DNA from: a bacterium
Lineage (GTDB): Bacteria; CAYTYR01; UBA6262
Assembly: GCA_028712365.1 (NCBI GenBank)
Contig: JAQTQE010000004.1
Span: forward strand, 13,806-77,805
Length of the DNA: 64,000 bases
Direction: 5' to 3'
A program made the position numbers and the translations under genes. Every line of letters starts with the position of its first letter. Position 1 is the stretch's first letter. Shown one piece after another: positions 1 through 10,801 of this stretch. The notes below the pieces were generated by a model. The model was given only the letters and a program-made list of their open reading frames with translations, made no database searches and was not told the DNA's origin.

Positions 1-3
1 TAA

Positions 4-948
4 ATGTACCACCAGCCAGTTATGCCGCAGGAAGCTATTACGCTGCTGGATATCAAAAAAGGTGGCGTTTATGTAGACGCTACTATTGGAGGTGGAGGTC
101 ATGCCCAGAAAGTGTTGGAAAAAGTCGGTAGCAATGGCTTGCTTATCGGATTGGATCAAGACCAGTCCGCAATTGAGCATTGCCAAGAACTTTTCCAGGG
201 AAAAAGGAACCTCATCCTGGAACAGGCTAACTTTAGAGACCTTTCCAGAATCCTTGATCAAAGAAAGGTCAAAGAAATAGATGGGATTCTATTTGACTTG
301 GGAGTTTCCAGCCGGCAGTTAGATGAGCCTGAAAGAGGCTTCAGTTTCAAGCAGGATGGCCCGTTAGATATGAGAATGGACCGCAGCCATGGAGTGACTG
401 CCGCTGACCTGGTGAACTCAATGGACCTCAAGGACTTGGAACAGATCATTGAAGATTATGGCGAGGAACGGTGGGCGAGAAAGATCGCCGGGAATATTGG
501 CGAAGCTCGCGATCTCGGGCGCATAGAGTCCACAGCCAGTTTAGCCAGGATCGTAGCTGGCAGCATTCCCCGCAGTAAGTGGCCGGAAAACATTCACCCG
601 GCGACCAGGACGTTCCAAGCGTTGCGGATTACCGTTAATAATGAACTTTCTATAATAAAACCAGCTTTATCCACAGCTATACGATATTTAAAGATAAGGG
701 GCAGGATAGTGGTGATCTCCTTTCATTCTTTAGAAGACCGGATCGTCAAGAATACCCTGATTGAGTTTAGCAAGGGCTGTATATGTCCGCCAAAATTGCC
801 TGTTTGCGTCTGCGGGCATGCCGCGGAGATCAGTATCCTGACCAAAAAGCCGTTATTGGCACAAGATGAAGAAGTAGCGCAAAATCCCCGGTCGCGCAGC
901 GCGAAAATGAGGGCCGCGGAGAGGATAGCCAATGGCGCAAAGAATTAA
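4..948 (+). CDS. rsmH: 16S rRNA (cytosine1402-N4)-methyltransferase RsmH/MraW
   Basis: 314 aa. Glycine-rich SAM-binding loop DATIGGGGHA. Sits at the head of the dcw cluster and is preceded by a TAA stop. Confidence 0.9.
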   Translation: MYHQPVMPQEAITLLDIKKGGVYVDATIGGGGHAQKVLEKVGSNGLLIGLDQDQSAIEHCQELFQGKRNLILEQANFRDLSRILDQRKVKEIDGILFDLGVSSRQLDEPERGFSFKQDGPLDMRMDRSHGVTAADLVNSMDLKDLEQIIEDYGEERWARKIAGNIGEARDLGRIESTASLARIVAGSIPRSKWPENIHPATRTFQALRITVNNELSIIKPALSTAIRYLKIRGRIVVISFHSLEDRIVKNTLIEFSKGCICPPKLPVCVCGHAAEISILTKKPLLAQDEEVAQNPRSRSAKMRAAERIANGAKN

Positions 949-1213
949 TCGCGGCACCTTGCACCGTTTTTTGTTCCTGGTATTACTGTTTTGTACCGCG
1001 TTGATATATGTCTGGCAGCAAATACAGGTAGTAAAATTCGGCTATGGCATTAGCCAGTTAAAATTGCAAATCGAAGAACGTGAGAATGATAACCGGTCCT
1101 TACGCATGAAATTAAATAATCTTGGTTCTCTGGAACGGGTTGAAAAGATAGCCAAAGAACGGTTAAAAATGGTCAACCCGCCGCCAGAAAACATCATCTA
1201 TCTGGAGAAATGA
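932..1213 (+). CDS. ftsL: cell division protein FtsL-like (small bitopic membrane protein with coiled coil)
   Basis: 93 aa. One N-terminal transmembrane segment followed by a coiled-coil region. Lies between rsmH and ftsI and overlaps the rsmH stop. Confidence 0.7.
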   Translation: MAQRINRGTLHRFLFLVLLFCTALIYVWQQIQVVKFGYGISQLKLQIEERENDNRSLRMKLNNLGSLERVEKIAKERLKMVNPPPENIIYLEK

Positions 1214-1216
1214 GCA

Positions 1217-2917
1217 ATGTCCCGTAAACGAGCAGGTTTAGTCGCTTTTTGCGTTTTACTGCTGTTCTTTGGCGTAGTAGGCCGTCTCTATTTCGTGCAA
1301 GTGTTGCAGTACCGTAAATTTACCGGCCTGAAAGAAAAGCAGTATATCCAGACGGTGGAAATTAAGCCGAAGCGGGGTACTATTTTCGATTGCCAGGGCC
1401 GGGAGTTGGCCTTAAGCATTGATGTCGATTCAGTCTGCGCTTTTCCGCGGCAAATTGAAAACATACCGGAAACAGCGGCTAAGCTGGCCAGGGTTCTTGA
1501 CCTGGACCAGGAAGTGGTTAAAGAAAAACTGAAGTCTGAAAAGTATTTTGTCTGGATCGCCCGCAAAATAGAAACAGAGCAAGCCAGGGCGATCAAATCT
1601 TATAATTTAAAGGGAGTGGATTTTGTCAAAGAAAGCAAACGATGCTATCCTGATGAACATTTGGCCAACCAATTACTCGGATTTGTTGGTATTGATAATG
1701 ATGGCTTGACTGGCATAGAAAAGTTTTATGATGGGTACATTAAAGGAGAATCGAGCTTTATTATCCAAGGCAAAGATGCCAAAGGCCGCAGTGTGCTGAA
1801 TGATACGGAAACATGTTATACCAGCAATAATTCCAATGATCTTATCCTGACCATTGATAAAACTATCCAGTATATCGCTGAGCGTGAATTGGATGCTGCC
1901 TGGGCCCAATATAGCGGGCGGAATGCCATTATTATTGTGGAGAAAACAAAGACCGGGGAGATCCTGGCCCTGGCCGGGCGGCCTACCTTTTCCTATCAAA
2001 AGGTGAAGGAAAGCAGTATCGATGAAATGCGTCTCCGGGCCATTACTGATTTCTATGAACCAGGCTCTACTTTTAAAATAGTGACAGCCGCGGCTGCCTT
2101 GGAAGAGAGGGTGACTAAGCCGGAAGACCGCTATTTCTGTGAAAATGGCTCCTACAAAGTAGGGCCGACCTTTATCAGGGACCATGAAAAAGAGGGCTGG
2201 TTAACCTTCGCCCAGGTTATAGAGAGGTCCTCAAATATCGGTACAGCCAAGGTAGCTGACAAGATCGGCCGGGAAAAACTTTACTATTATTCCAAGATGT
2301 TCGGTTTCGGCAGTATGACCGGCATTGGTTTACCGGGAGAAACACAAGGTTTATTGCGTAAGCCGAAAGACTGGTCCAGTATTTCACTGGGCCGTATTTC
2401 CTTCGGACAGGAGATAGGTGTTACTCCACTCCAGATACTGAACGCGGTCAATGCCGTGGCTAATGGCGGGGTATTGATGCAGCCGATGATAGTCAAGGCT
2501 ATTCGTAATAAAAATGGCGCCATTATCAAGGAATATAACCCGCAAATAGTAAGGAAGGTTATTTCTCCGGAAACAGCGAAAACCTTGACCGAGATACTGA
2601 AGGGGGTCGTGGATCGCGGTACCGGATCAATGGCGCAGGTAAAAGGCTATGATATCGCGGGTAAGACAGGAACCGCGCAAAAGATCGATCCCAGTATCAG
2701 GAAATATTCCAGTTCGAAATATGTGGCCAGTTTTGTCGGTTATCTGCCGGCTGATGACCCGGAAGTGACGATCCTGGTGATAATTGATGAACCAAAAGAA
2801 ATATATTGGGGTGGCAGCGTCTGTGCGCCGGTTTTTGCCAATGTGGCCAGGGATATTATGCGTTACCTGAATATACCGGCCAAAGCACCTTTATTAGCCA
2901 GTACCAAAAAAATATAG
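1217..2917 (+). CDS. ftsI: peptidoglycan D,D-transpeptidase FtsI (class B PBP)
   Basis: 566 aa. N-terminal membrane anchor. Transpeptidase motifs STFK (GSTFKIV), SSN and KTGT. Confidence 0.9.
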   Translation: MSRKRAGLVAFCVLLLFFGVVGRLYFVQVLQYRKFTGLKEKQYIQTVEIKPKRGTIFDCQGRELALSIDVDSVCAFPRQIENIPETAAKLARVLDLDQEVVKEKLKSEKYFVWIARKIETEQARAIKSYNLKGVDFVKESKRCYPDEHLANQLLGFVGIDNDGLTGIEKFYDGYIKGESSFIIQGKDAKGRSVLNDTETCYTSNNSNDLILTIDKTIQYIAERELDAAWAQYSGRNAIIIVEKTKTGEILALAGRPTFSYQKVKESSIDEMRLRAITDFYEPGSTFKIVTAAAALEERVTKPEDRYFCENGSYKVGPTFIRDHEKEGWLTFAQVIERSSNIGTAKVADKIGREKLYYYSKMFGFGSMTGIGLPGETQGLLRKPKDWSSISLGRISFGQEIGVTPLQILNAVNAVANGGVLMQPMIVKAIRNKNGAIIKEYNPQIVRKVISPETAKTLTEILKGVVDRGTGSMAQVKGYDIAGKTGTAQKIDPSIRKYSSSKYVASFVGYLPADDPEVTILVIIDEPKEIYWGGSVCAPVFANVARDIMRYLNIPAKAPLLASTKKI

Positions 2918-2934
2918 AATATGGAGCGTTTTGC

Positions 2935-4431
2935 ATGTTACTCAGAGAAGTATTAGCGACAATTGATGTACAGGAAATATTTGGTACGGTTAATGGTATA
3001 GAAGTGAATGGGGTAACGTATGATTCACGTAAGGTTCAAAATAAGCATAATCGCTATATATTTGTCTGTATAGAGGGTTTCAAGGAAAGCGGGACTAAGT
3101 ATATAGCGCAAGCCCTGGAAAAGGGAGCTGTGGCGATTGTTAGCCAGGAAAAACCAGCCATGGAATTAAAAGTGCCTTTTATCCAGGTGGATAATACCAG
3201 AAGCGCGTTAGCTAAAATAGCGGCTAAGATCTATAATTATCCATCTGATAGGTTGAAAGTGATCGGTATTACCGGGACTAACGGTAAAACCACTATCACC
3301 TATATGCTGGAGGCCATATTACAGGAACATGGACAGCATACCGGTGTCTTAGGGACTATAGAATACCGTCTAGGCCAGAAAGTCCTGCCAGCGCCGACCA
3401 CCACCCCCCAGGCTAGCGATTTGCAGGAATTTCTGGCTGAGATGGTCAAACAGAAGTTTGACTATGTAGTGATGGAAGTGTCTTCCCATGCCCTGGAATT
3501 GAACCGGACAGAGGGATGTGAATATGATGTGGCTGTTTTTACCAATTTAACCAGGGACCATCTGGACTTTCATAAGGATTTTGAGCATTATTTAGCCGCC
3601 AAAGCCAGGCTCTTTACCGGATTGGCTAAAAACCAGCGTAAAAAAGGAAAGACCAGCGCGGTCATAAATATCGATGATCCCGCTGGCCCGAAACTGCTGG
3701 AGCTTATACCGGCGGGAGTTGAGGTCCTTACTTATGGGATCAATGAAAAGAACGCTTTTTTAAGAGCGGAAGAAGTAAAACTGGCCCCGGGCATAACTAC
3801 CTTCTTATGCCTGATCAACCAGAAAAAGTATCCAGTCAAGTTATACCTGACTGGCAAACATAATGTTTATAATGCCCTGGCCGCGATAGGGGCGGCGATC
3901 AGCCAGGGGATACCGCCGGAAACTATTATCAAGGGACTAGCCAGCGTTAAGATCGTGCCAGGCAGATTTGAGCTGGTGGCATGTGGACAAAAATTCACTG
4001 TTGTGGTAGACTATGCCCATACGGATGATGCTTTATTCAACGTCCTGACCGCGGCCCGTGAATTACATCCTAAAAGATTGATCACCGTGTTTGGCGCCGG
4101 TGGTGACCGGGATCGCACCAAGCGTCCTTTGATGGGACAGGTAGCTTCCACCTTGAGCGATTATTGTATTGTTACCAGTGATAATCCCCGGGGCGAAGAT
4201 CCGGAAAAGATCGCCCTGGATATAGAGATCGGGATCAAGAAAGCGGGTAAAACTAATTATGCCATTATTCTTGACCGGCACGAAGCTTTGCTAAAAGCGC
4301 TGGAAATGGCCCAACCTGATGACCTGGTGATGATTGCCGGGAAAGGCCATGAAAATTACCAGATATTTAAAGATAAAGTGGTCCATTTTGATGACCGGGA
4401 AACAGCCAGGCAAATCTTAAAAAAGCGTTGA
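2935..4431 (+). CDS. murE: UDP-N-acetylmuramoyl-L-alanyl-D-glutamate--2,6-diaminopimelate ligase MurE
   Basis: Mur ligase P-loop GITGTNGKTT and the DNPR motif typical of meso-DAP-adding MurE. I moved the start to the ATG at 2935, just after the ftsI stop; the track ORF at 2806 overlaps ftsI. Confidence 0.9.
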   Translation: MLLREVLATIDVQEIFGTVNGIEVNGVTYDSRKVQNKHNRYIFVCIEGFKESGTKYIAQALEKGAVAIVSQEKPAMELKVPFIQVDNTRSALAKIAAKIYNYPSDRLKVIGITGTNGKTTITYMLEAILQEHGQHTGVLGTIEYRLGQKVLPAPTTTPQASDLQEFLAEMVKQKFDYVVMEVSSHALELNRTEGCEYDVAVFTNLTRDHLDFHKDFEHYLAAKARLFTGLAKNQRKKGKTSAVINIDDPAGPKLLELIPAGVEVLTYGINEKNAFLRAEEVKLAPGITTFLCLINQKKYPVKLYLTGKHNVYNALAAIGAAISQGIPPETIIKGLASVKIVPGRFELVACGQKFTVVVDYAHTDDALFNVLTAARELHPKRLITVFGAGGDRDRTKRPLMGQVASTLSDYCIVTSDNPRGEDPEKIALDIEIGIKKAGKTNYAIILDRHEALLKALEMAQPDDLVMIAGKGHENYQIFKDKVVHFDDRETARQILKKR

Positions 4432-4441
4432 GAGAATATAC

Positions 4442-5836
4442 ATGGAAAAAATATCCCTACAGGAGATCACAAGAGCGACTGGCGGCACTTTGTTAAAAGG
4501 AAGTGCCGCTCTTTATTTGCCTGATCTTTGCACTGACACCAGGCAATTAAAAAAAGGCAATACTTTCCTGGCGCTCAAAGGGCCTCATTTTGACGCTAAT
4601 GAATTTTTAGGAGCGGCAGTGCAAAAGGGGGCGTCTGGCCTAATTTGTGAAAAGCAGCCTGCCCCGGTTCTCATGCGTAAATTGGTATTTGTGATAATTG
4701 TTAAAAATAGTTTGTTGGCCTTACAGCAGATCGCCGCGGCGTATCGCCAAAAATTTGATATACCGGTAGTAGCTATCACCGGTTCCAATGGTAAGACTAC
4801 GACCAAGGAAATGATCGGCCAAATCGTATCACGCCGTTATCGCGTCCTGGTCACTCCCGGGAATCTCAATAACCAGATCGGCTTGCCCCTGACTATATTG
4901 CAGCTGCGCAAAAAGCACCAGGTTGCCATCTTGGAGCTGGGAACTTCAGCTTTGGGTGAAATAGACACGTTGTCCAGGATAGCCAGGCCGACTATCGGTG
5001 TGATCACGTGCATCGGGCATTCCCACCTGCAAGAGCTTAAGAACTTGCCGACGGTTTTACGCGCGAAAATGGAGTTGATCTGGAATATTAGCCCGGCTGG
5101 TATCGCTGTCTTGAACAGTGATGATCCCTGGCTGAAAAAAAAGATAAAAATCATCTCCAGGCAAGTAATAACTTTCGGGGTGATCCATAAAGCTAAAGTA
5201 ATGGCCTCTAAAATAACCAGCCAGCCTGATAAAAATAAAATACTTTTTATTATATCCAATGGCTCCCAAAAACGGAAAATAATCCTCAACACCCTGGGCC
5301 AACATAATGTCTATAATGCCCTGGCCGCGGCCAGTACGGGTTTGGCCTTAGGGATACCGCTGGCTGATATAGTGCAAGGATTGTCTGCTTTCCACGCTGT
5401 AATTGGACGGATGAGAATGGTTAAGAAAAAGGGCCTGACTATCCTGGATGACAGCTATAATGCCAACCCTGATTCCATGAAAGCGGCTTTGCATACCCTG
5501 GAAAGTTTTTCCTGCGACAGGAGAAAGATCGCTGTTTTAGGCGATATGCTGGAGCTGGGTCAGGAAAGCGGCAAAAAGCACGCGGCAATAGGGGAAATTA
5601 TTGGACAATTGGGCCTCGATATGCTATATACAATAGGGCCACAAAGCCAGCTTCTGGCCCAGGCGGCTCTGCAAGCTGGTCTTCCCCTGGAAAAAATAAA
5701 TCGTTTTAACACAGGCGAGGAGCAATTGCTTTTAAATTCACTGAAAGCGAATATGCGCCGCGGGGATGTGATATTGTTTAAAGCCTCCCATGGCCTGCAC
5801 CTGGAAAAGATAGTAGCTGGTATTCTGCATAAATAG
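4442..5836 (+). CDS. murF: UDP-N-acetylmuramoyl-tripeptide--D-alanyl-D-alanine ligase MurF
   Basis: 464 aa. Mur ligase motif [12 protein letters not shown]. Position in the dcw cluster. Confidence 0.9.
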   Translation: MEKISLQEITRATGGTLLKGSAALYLPDLCTDTRQLKKGNTFLALKGPHFDANEFLGAAVQKGASGLICEKQPAPVLMRKLVFVIIVKNSLLALQQIAAAYRQKFDIPVVAITGSNGKTTTKEMIGQIVSRRYRVLVTPGNLNNQIGLPLTILQLRKKHQVAILELGTSALGEIDTLSRIARPTIGVITCIGHSHLQELKNLPTVLRAKMELIWNISPAGIAVLNSDDPWLKKKIKIISRQVITFGVIHKAKVMASKITSQPDKNKILFIISNGSQKRKIILNTLGQHNVYNALAAASTGLALGIPLADIVQGLSAFHAVIGRMRMVKKKGLTILDDSYNANPDSMKAALHTLESFSCDRRKIAVLGDMLELGQESGKKHAAIGEIIGQLGLDMLYTIGPQSQLLAQAALQAGLPLEKINRFNTGEEQLLLNSLKANMRRGDVILFKASHGLHLEKIVAGILHK

Positions 5837-5844
5837 AGGATGGC

Positions 5845-6924
5845 ATGTTTTATCATCTGCTGTATCCATTACATAACCTTTTTAGCGTGTTTAATGTTTT
5901 TCAGTATATTACGTTCCGTTCAGTCGGGGCAGCTTTAACCGCTTTGATCGTCAGCTTATTAATAACTCCCGGTATTATCCGCAAGTTAAGGAACTTCCAT
6001 ATCGGCCAGCACATCCGCACAGACGGGCCGCAAACGCATTTAAAAAAAGAAGGAACCCCGACTATGGGCGGGGTCATTATCCTGGTTTCCATGGTTTTCA
6101 GCACCCTGCTTTGGGCTCGCGTCAATAATCGCTTTATTATAATCGGCCTTTTTGCCGCTCTCTGGCTGGGGTTACTCGGTTTCTATGATGATTACCTTAA
6201 ACTGGTCAAGAAAAACCCCCGCGGGCTTTCAGCTAATTATAAACTGCTGGGACAGATCGTCCTGGCCCTGATCGTAGCCTGCTATTTATACATGTTCCCG
6301 GTGAACTCGAACTATACTACTAAAGTGAATGTGCCTCTGATCAAGATGCTTGACCTAGGGTACTTTTATATACCTTTTGTCGTCCTGATGATCGTCGGCG
6401 CCTCCAACGCGGTTAACCTGACTGATGGTCTGGACGGGTTGGCTATCGGCAATATTATCTTTGCCGCTTTGACCTATGCCGCTTTGACCTATGTCGCCGG
6501 TAACTTCAAATTTGCCTCATACTTGAGAATCATCTACGCTCCCGGTACTGGCGAGCTCGCTGTTTTCCTGGCCGCCATGATCGGCGCCGGATTGGGCTTC
6601 CTCTGGTACAACGCGTATCCCGCGGAGATCTTTATGGGGGATACCGGCTCGCTCTTCCTGGGAGGGACCTTGGGTATTATCGCGGTGTGTATCAAACATG
6701 AAGTGCTGTTGGCCCTGGTCGGCGGTATTTTCGTGCTGGAAGCGATGTCGGTTATTTTGCAGGTCGGTTCGTTCCGGCTACGGGGCAAACGTATCTTTAA
6801 AATGGCCCCGATCCATCATCATTTTGAATTAAAAGGATGGTCTGAACCGAAAGTAGTGGTCCGGTTCTGGATCGTGGGCATTATCCTGGCCTTCCTGGCC
6901 TTTGCCACTTTAAAGCTAAGATAA
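5845..6924 (+). CDS. mraY: phospho-N-acetylmuramoyl-pentapeptide-transferase MraY
   Basis: 359 aa polytopic membrane protein. MraY motifs ([20 protein letters not shown]). Confidence 0.92.
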   Translation: MFYHLLYPLHNLFSVFNVFQYITFRSVGAALTALIVSLLITPGIIRKLRNFHIGQHIRTDGPQTHLKKEGTPTMGGVIILVSMVFSTLLWARVNNRFIIIGLFAALWLGLLGFYDDYLKLVKKNPRGLSANYKLLGQIVLALIVACYLYMFPVNSNYTTKVNVPLIKMLDLGYFYIPFVVLMIVGASNAVNLTDGLDGLAIGNIIFAALTYAALTYVAGNFKFASYLRIIYAPGTGELAVFLAAMIGAGLGFLWYNAYPAEIFMGDTGSLFLGGTLGIIAVCIKHEVLLALVGGIFVLEAMSVILQVGSFRLRGKRIFKMAPIHHHFELKGWSEPKVVVRFWIVGIILAFLAFATLKLR

Positions 6925-6937
6925 GGATAGAAATATA

Positions 6938-8287
6938 GTGTTCGCATTCAGCGGCCAAAGAGTTTTAATATTAGGAGCTGCCCGCAGCGGCATAGCATGC
7001 GCCGTTTTATTGCTGAAAAAAGGCGCTCGCATCACTATCAGCGATAATGGCGCCAAGCCATTGCCGGTTAAAGAGCTGGCTCCTTTGCGGCGCAAAGGGG
7101 TCATTGTTAAGACCGGCGGACATCCGGTTGCCCTGCTGACTGGCACTGATTATATCGTTATTTCTCCCGGGATCCGTTCAGACCTGCCCATACTGCAAAA
7201 AGCCCGTCAACGTAATATTCCTGTCCTCAGTGAAATAGAAATAGCCTATACCTATTTAGCCGGCCAGGTCATAGCGATTACCGGCACCAATGGTAAGACT
7301 ACGACTACCAGCCTGGTCGGGAAAATGTTCCGCCAGGCCGGCAATAAAACGCTGGTTTGCGGTAACATCGGCCGTCCAATTTCCGCGATCGCCGACCAGA
7401 GCAGCCTGCGCTCAGTCGTAGTAGCGGAGATCAGCAGTTTCCAACTGGAGAACATAGTTAATTTCCGGCCGCATATTTCCGTAATGTTGAACATTACTCC
7501 TGATCATCTGGACCGGTATCCTGGTTTTGCCGCTTACGCGCGGGCGAAGAAGCAGATTTACGTCAATCAGGAGAAAGATAATTACGCGGTAATTAATTAT
7601 GATGACCCGGTCAGCCGGAAAAGCGCCGGCAGGATCAAGGCGAAAGTGGTGTTTTTCTCCCGTAAGAAAATATTGCTAAGAGGAGTGTTTGTCAAGAATG
7701 GTAGTATTGTTGCGAGACTGGAAGGACGGGCGCAGAATATAATTAAAACAACAGAATTAGGTATCCCTGGTCCGCATAATTTGGAAAATGCCCTGGCCGC
7801 TATTGCCTGCGGGATACTGGGAAAAGTACCGCTGTCCAGTATGAGGAAAACGCTGAGAACTTTCCGCGGCGTAGAACATCGGCTGGAATTGGTCAAGACA
7901 GTCAGGGGAGTAAAATATGTCAATGATTCAAAGGGCACCAATGTTGATTCCACAGTGAAAGCCCTGGAGAGTTTTCCCGGGAATATAATATTGATCGCCG
8001 GTGGCAGGGATAAAGGAAGCCCCTATCGGCCGCTGGCCAAGCTGGTCCATAGCAAAGTAAAAGCGCTCATTGTTCTAGGTGAAGCGAAGAATAAGATCAA
8101 GAAAGAATTAGGGCCATTGACCAGTACTTATGATGTCAGCAGCTTGGCTGAAGCGGTAAAACTGGGGCACAAACTATCTTGTCCCGGAGATACTGTCTTG
8201 CTGTCTCCGGCTTGTGCCAGTTTTGATATGTTCAAGAATTATGAACAGCGCGGCCGGATTTTCAAAGAAGAAGTGAAAAAACTTTAA
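6938..8287 (+). CDS. murD: UDP-N-acetylmuramoylalanine--D-glutamate ligase MurD
   Basis: 449 aa. GTG start. N-terminal Rossmann motif GAARSG and Mur ligase motif ITGTNGKTTTT. Confidence 0.9.
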   Translation: MFAFSGQRVLILGAARSGIACAVLLLKKGARITISDNGAKPLPVKELAPLRRKGVIVKTGGHPVALLTGTDYIVISPGIRSDLPILQKARQRNIPVLSEIEIAYTYLAGQVIAITGTNGKTTTTSLVGKMFRQAGNKTLVCGNIGRPISAIADQSSLRSVVVAEISSFQLENIVNFRPHISVMLNITPDHLDRYPGFAAYARAKKQIYVNQEKDNYAVINYDDPVSRKSAGRIKAKVVFFSRKKILLRGVFVKNGSIVARLEGRAQNIIKTTELGIPGPHNLENALAAIACGILGKVPLSSMRKTLRTFRGVEHRLELVKTVRGVKYVNDSKGTNVDSTVKALESFPGNIILIAGGRDKGSPYRPLAKLVHSKVKALIVLGEAKNKIKKELGPLTSTYDVSSLAEAVKLGHKLSCPGDTVLLSPACASFDMFKNYEQRGRIFKEEVKKL

Positions 8288-8296
8288 AGGCCTTAT

Positions 8297-9403
8297 ATGA
8301 AGCAACTTCACCAGTTCCATCATCCTGATCTGCATATGTTCGTGGTTACTGTAGCGTTGGTCATTTTAGGTTTGGTAATGATCTATTCTTCAAGCGCTAT
8401 TTTCGCCACGCAGCAATATAATAACAGTTGGTATTTTTTCCAGAAGCAGATGTTGTGGGCATTGGTTGGCTTCGTTGTTTTTTTTATGCTCATAAAAACC
8501 GATTACCATGTATTACAGCGCTATTCCAGGGTCCTGATCATAACCTCTGTTATCCTGCTGGTATTGGTCCTGACCGGTATATTCGGCCGGGAAATAGGCG
8601 GGGCCAAGCGCTGGATCAGCCTGGGTCCGCTCAGATTCCAGCCGTCAGAACTGGCCAAGATCAGCCTGCTCATCTATATCGCCGATTATCTGGACCGCAA
8701 GCAGAGTAAAATGTCTAAAATGATAAAAGGCGTGGCTCCGATCTTAATGGTGATAGGACTCATTTGCGGCTTGATCCTGATCGAGCCTGACATGGGTACC
8801 AGCGTCAGTCTGGGCGTAGTTTGCCTGGGCATGCTTTTTGTGGGCGGGTTAAGTACCTGGTACCTGGTCAGTCTGATCGCCATGGTTATCCCGGTATTTG
8901 GTTATCTGGTTGTCAGTAAACCGTATCGTATGCGCCGTCTTATGGCTTTTTTTGATCCGTGGGCGGATCCGCAAAATGTAGGATACCAGATCATACAGTC
9001 ATTGATCGCTCTTGGTTCCGGCGGGTTTTTAGGCATGGGCCTGGGTAATAGCAAGCAAAAATTGCTTTATTTGCCGGCCGCCCATACAGATTTTATATTT
9101 CCCATCATTGGCGAGGAACTGGGATTTATCGGAGCTTTAAGCGTGGTTGTGCTGTTCTTCATCTTTGCCTGGCGCGGGATGAAGATATCTTTTCACGCGC
9201 CTGACTTGTTTGGCAGTATGCTGGCGGGAGGGATCACTTTAATGATTGTCTTGCAGGCAATCATTAATATTGGGGTATCTTGCGCTTTGTTCCCGACCAA
9301 AGGATTACCCTTGCCCCTGGTCAGTTATGGCGGTTCCAACCTGGCTTTTACCCTGGCCAGTATCGGGATCTTGTTGAATATATCACGACAAACCGTAAAA
9401 TAA
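8297..9403 (+). CDS. ftsW: SEDS-family peptidoglycan glycosyltransferase / cell division protein FtsW
   Basis: 368 aa with about 10 transmembrane segments. SEDS family. Between murD and murG. Confidence 0.88.
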   Translation: MKQLHQFHHPDLHMFVVTVALVILGLVMIYSSSAIFATQQYNNSWYFFQKQMLWALVGFVVFFMLIKTDYHVLQRYSRVLIITSVILLVLVLTGIFGREIGGAKRWISLGPLRFQPSELAKISLLIYIADYLDRKQSKMSKMIKGVAPILMVIGLICGLILIEPDMGTSVSLGVVCLGMLFVGGLSTWYLVSLIAMVIPVFGYLVVSKPYRMRRLMAFFDPWADPQNVGYQIIQSLIALGSGGFLGMGLGNSKQKLLYLPAAHTDFIFPIIGEELGFIGALSVVVLFFIFAWRGMKISFHAPDLFGSMLAGGITLMIVLQAIINIGVSCALFPTKGLPLPLVSYGGSNLAFTLASIGILLNISRQTVK

Positions 9404-9554
9404 AGAACAAATTCTAAACAAATTCTCTGTTTTAAACATTTTAATTTTGAAATTTGGATTTGTTTACCTGTCCCCGCGTCTTTGATCCCGATAAATCTGG
9501 ATCAGCAGGGGGGAATTTAGAAATTAGATATTAGTATTTAAATTGTGAGGTTTT
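9404..9554. repeat. AT-rich intergenic element with terminal inverted repeats (aaattctaaac ... atttagaaattagatattag), ftsW|murG spacer
   Basis: Shares left and right arm motifs with 10641-10801 and 14961-15082. Confidence 0.5.
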
Positions 9555-10640
9555 ATGCGGGTTCTGATCGTAGCTGGCGGCACTGGCGGGCACTTGTACC
9601 CGGGTATTAGCGTGGCCAATAAATTAAGGGAACAGGGCCAGCAGGTATTAATAGTGATCCGGGATAAGGATCTGGAAAAAGAAATTGTTTCCAGATATCA
9701 ATTGGCCTTTGCCACTATCGCCGGCGTCGGATTAAAAAAGAGTATCAGTGGCCTGATAAAATTCAGTATCAATTTTATAAAAGGATTGGGACAAGCCAGG
9801 AATATTCTGGCCAGTTTCAGGCCGGATGTCATCCTGGCCATGGGGAATTATCTTTCTTTGCCTGTCGCCCTGGCTGGCCGGCAGAATAATATCCCGGTAG
9901 TGTTGCATGAACAGAATTGCCTGCCTGGGAAAGCTACCAGGTTCCTGGCTAAGAAGGCAGTGAAAATTTGCCTCAGTTTCAAAGAGTCGATCGCTTATCT
10001 GGCAAAGTTCAAGTCAAAAGCAATTGTCACCGGGAATCCTCTGCGGCCGGAGATGATCGCCGCGCGCGTGTCCGCGGAAAACAAACCGTTAAAAAATATT
10101 TTAATATTCGGCGGCAGCCAGGGAGCGCACAGTATTAATATGGCTATGATCAATGCCTTGGACCGGCTGGCAGCAGTGCGGTCGCATATAAGTATTACTC
10201 ATTTAACCGGGACCAAAGACCTGTCCCTGGTGGAAGATAGCTACCGGGAACGTAATTTCGACGTCCTGCTTTCCTCTTACCTGCATGATATGCAGGAAGC
10301 ATATGCTAAAGCCAGCCTGGTTATAGCCAGGGCCGGGGCGGCCACCTTGTCTGAGTTGGCTTTTTTGGGTTTACCGTCGATATTGATACCATATCCCTTT
10401 GCCGCGGAAGATCATCAGCGGATCAATGCTGAAGTGCTGGTAAGAGCGGGCGCCGCCAGAATGATCCTGGATCAGGATTTGAATGGCGCTATCCTGGCTA
10501 ATAATATCATAGAAATAATACAGAACGAGACAGTCATGGAGCACATGTCTGCCGCGGCCAGGAAACTAGCCCAGCCGCAAGCAGCGGAGAATATCGTAAA
10601 GGTAATTTCTGAAATACAAGCTCTAAATCCTATGACTTAA
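9555..10640 (+). CDS. murG: undecaprenyldiphospho-muramoylpentapeptide beta-N-acetylglucosaminyltransferase MurG
   Basis: 361 aa. GT28 family. N-terminal GGTGGHLYPG. Confidence 0.9.
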   Translation: MRVLIVAGGTGGHLYPGISVANKLREQGQQVLIVIRDKDLEKEIVSRYQLAFATIAGVGLKKSISGLIKFSINFIKGLGQARNILASFRPDVILAMGNYLSLPVALAGRQNNIPVVLHEQNCLPGKATRFLAKKAVKICLSFKESIAYLAKFKSKAIVTGNPLRPEMIAARVSAENKPLKNILIFGGSQGAHSINMAMINALDRLAAVRSHISITHLTGTKDLSLVEDSYRERNFDVLLSSYLHDMQEAYAKASLVIARAGAATLSELAFLGLPSILIPYPFAAEDHQRINAEVLVRAGAARMILDQDLNGAILANNIIEIIQNETVMEHMSAAARKLAQPQAAENIVKVISEIQALNPMT

Positions 10641-10801
10641 TAAATTCGAAGCACTAATATAGAAATCCTAAACAAATACGAAATTCAAAGCTCTAAATTC
10701 TAAACGAATGCTATCTTTAAGACATCCTAATTTTGATTTTTTAATTTATTTAGTATTTAGAGCTTCGATATTAGAATTTGTATTTAAGAATTGGGGTAGT
10801 T
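10641..10801. repeat. AT-rich intergenic element of the same family, murG|murC spacer
   Basis: Left arm aaatcctaaacaaata / ctctaaattctaaacg. Right arm tttagtatttagagcttcgatattagaatttg. Confidence 0.5.

Noticed and set aside
2806-2934. 5' extension of the murE ORF overlapping ftsI
   Set aside because: The conserved MurE N-terminus begins at the ATG at 2935, just after the ftsI stop. The upstream extension is out of character.
8428-8709. 93-aa + strand ORF in an alternative frame within ftsW
   Set aside because: Overlaps the membrane-protein gene ftsW in another frame. Pro/Gly/Arg-rich translation typical of an off-frame reading.
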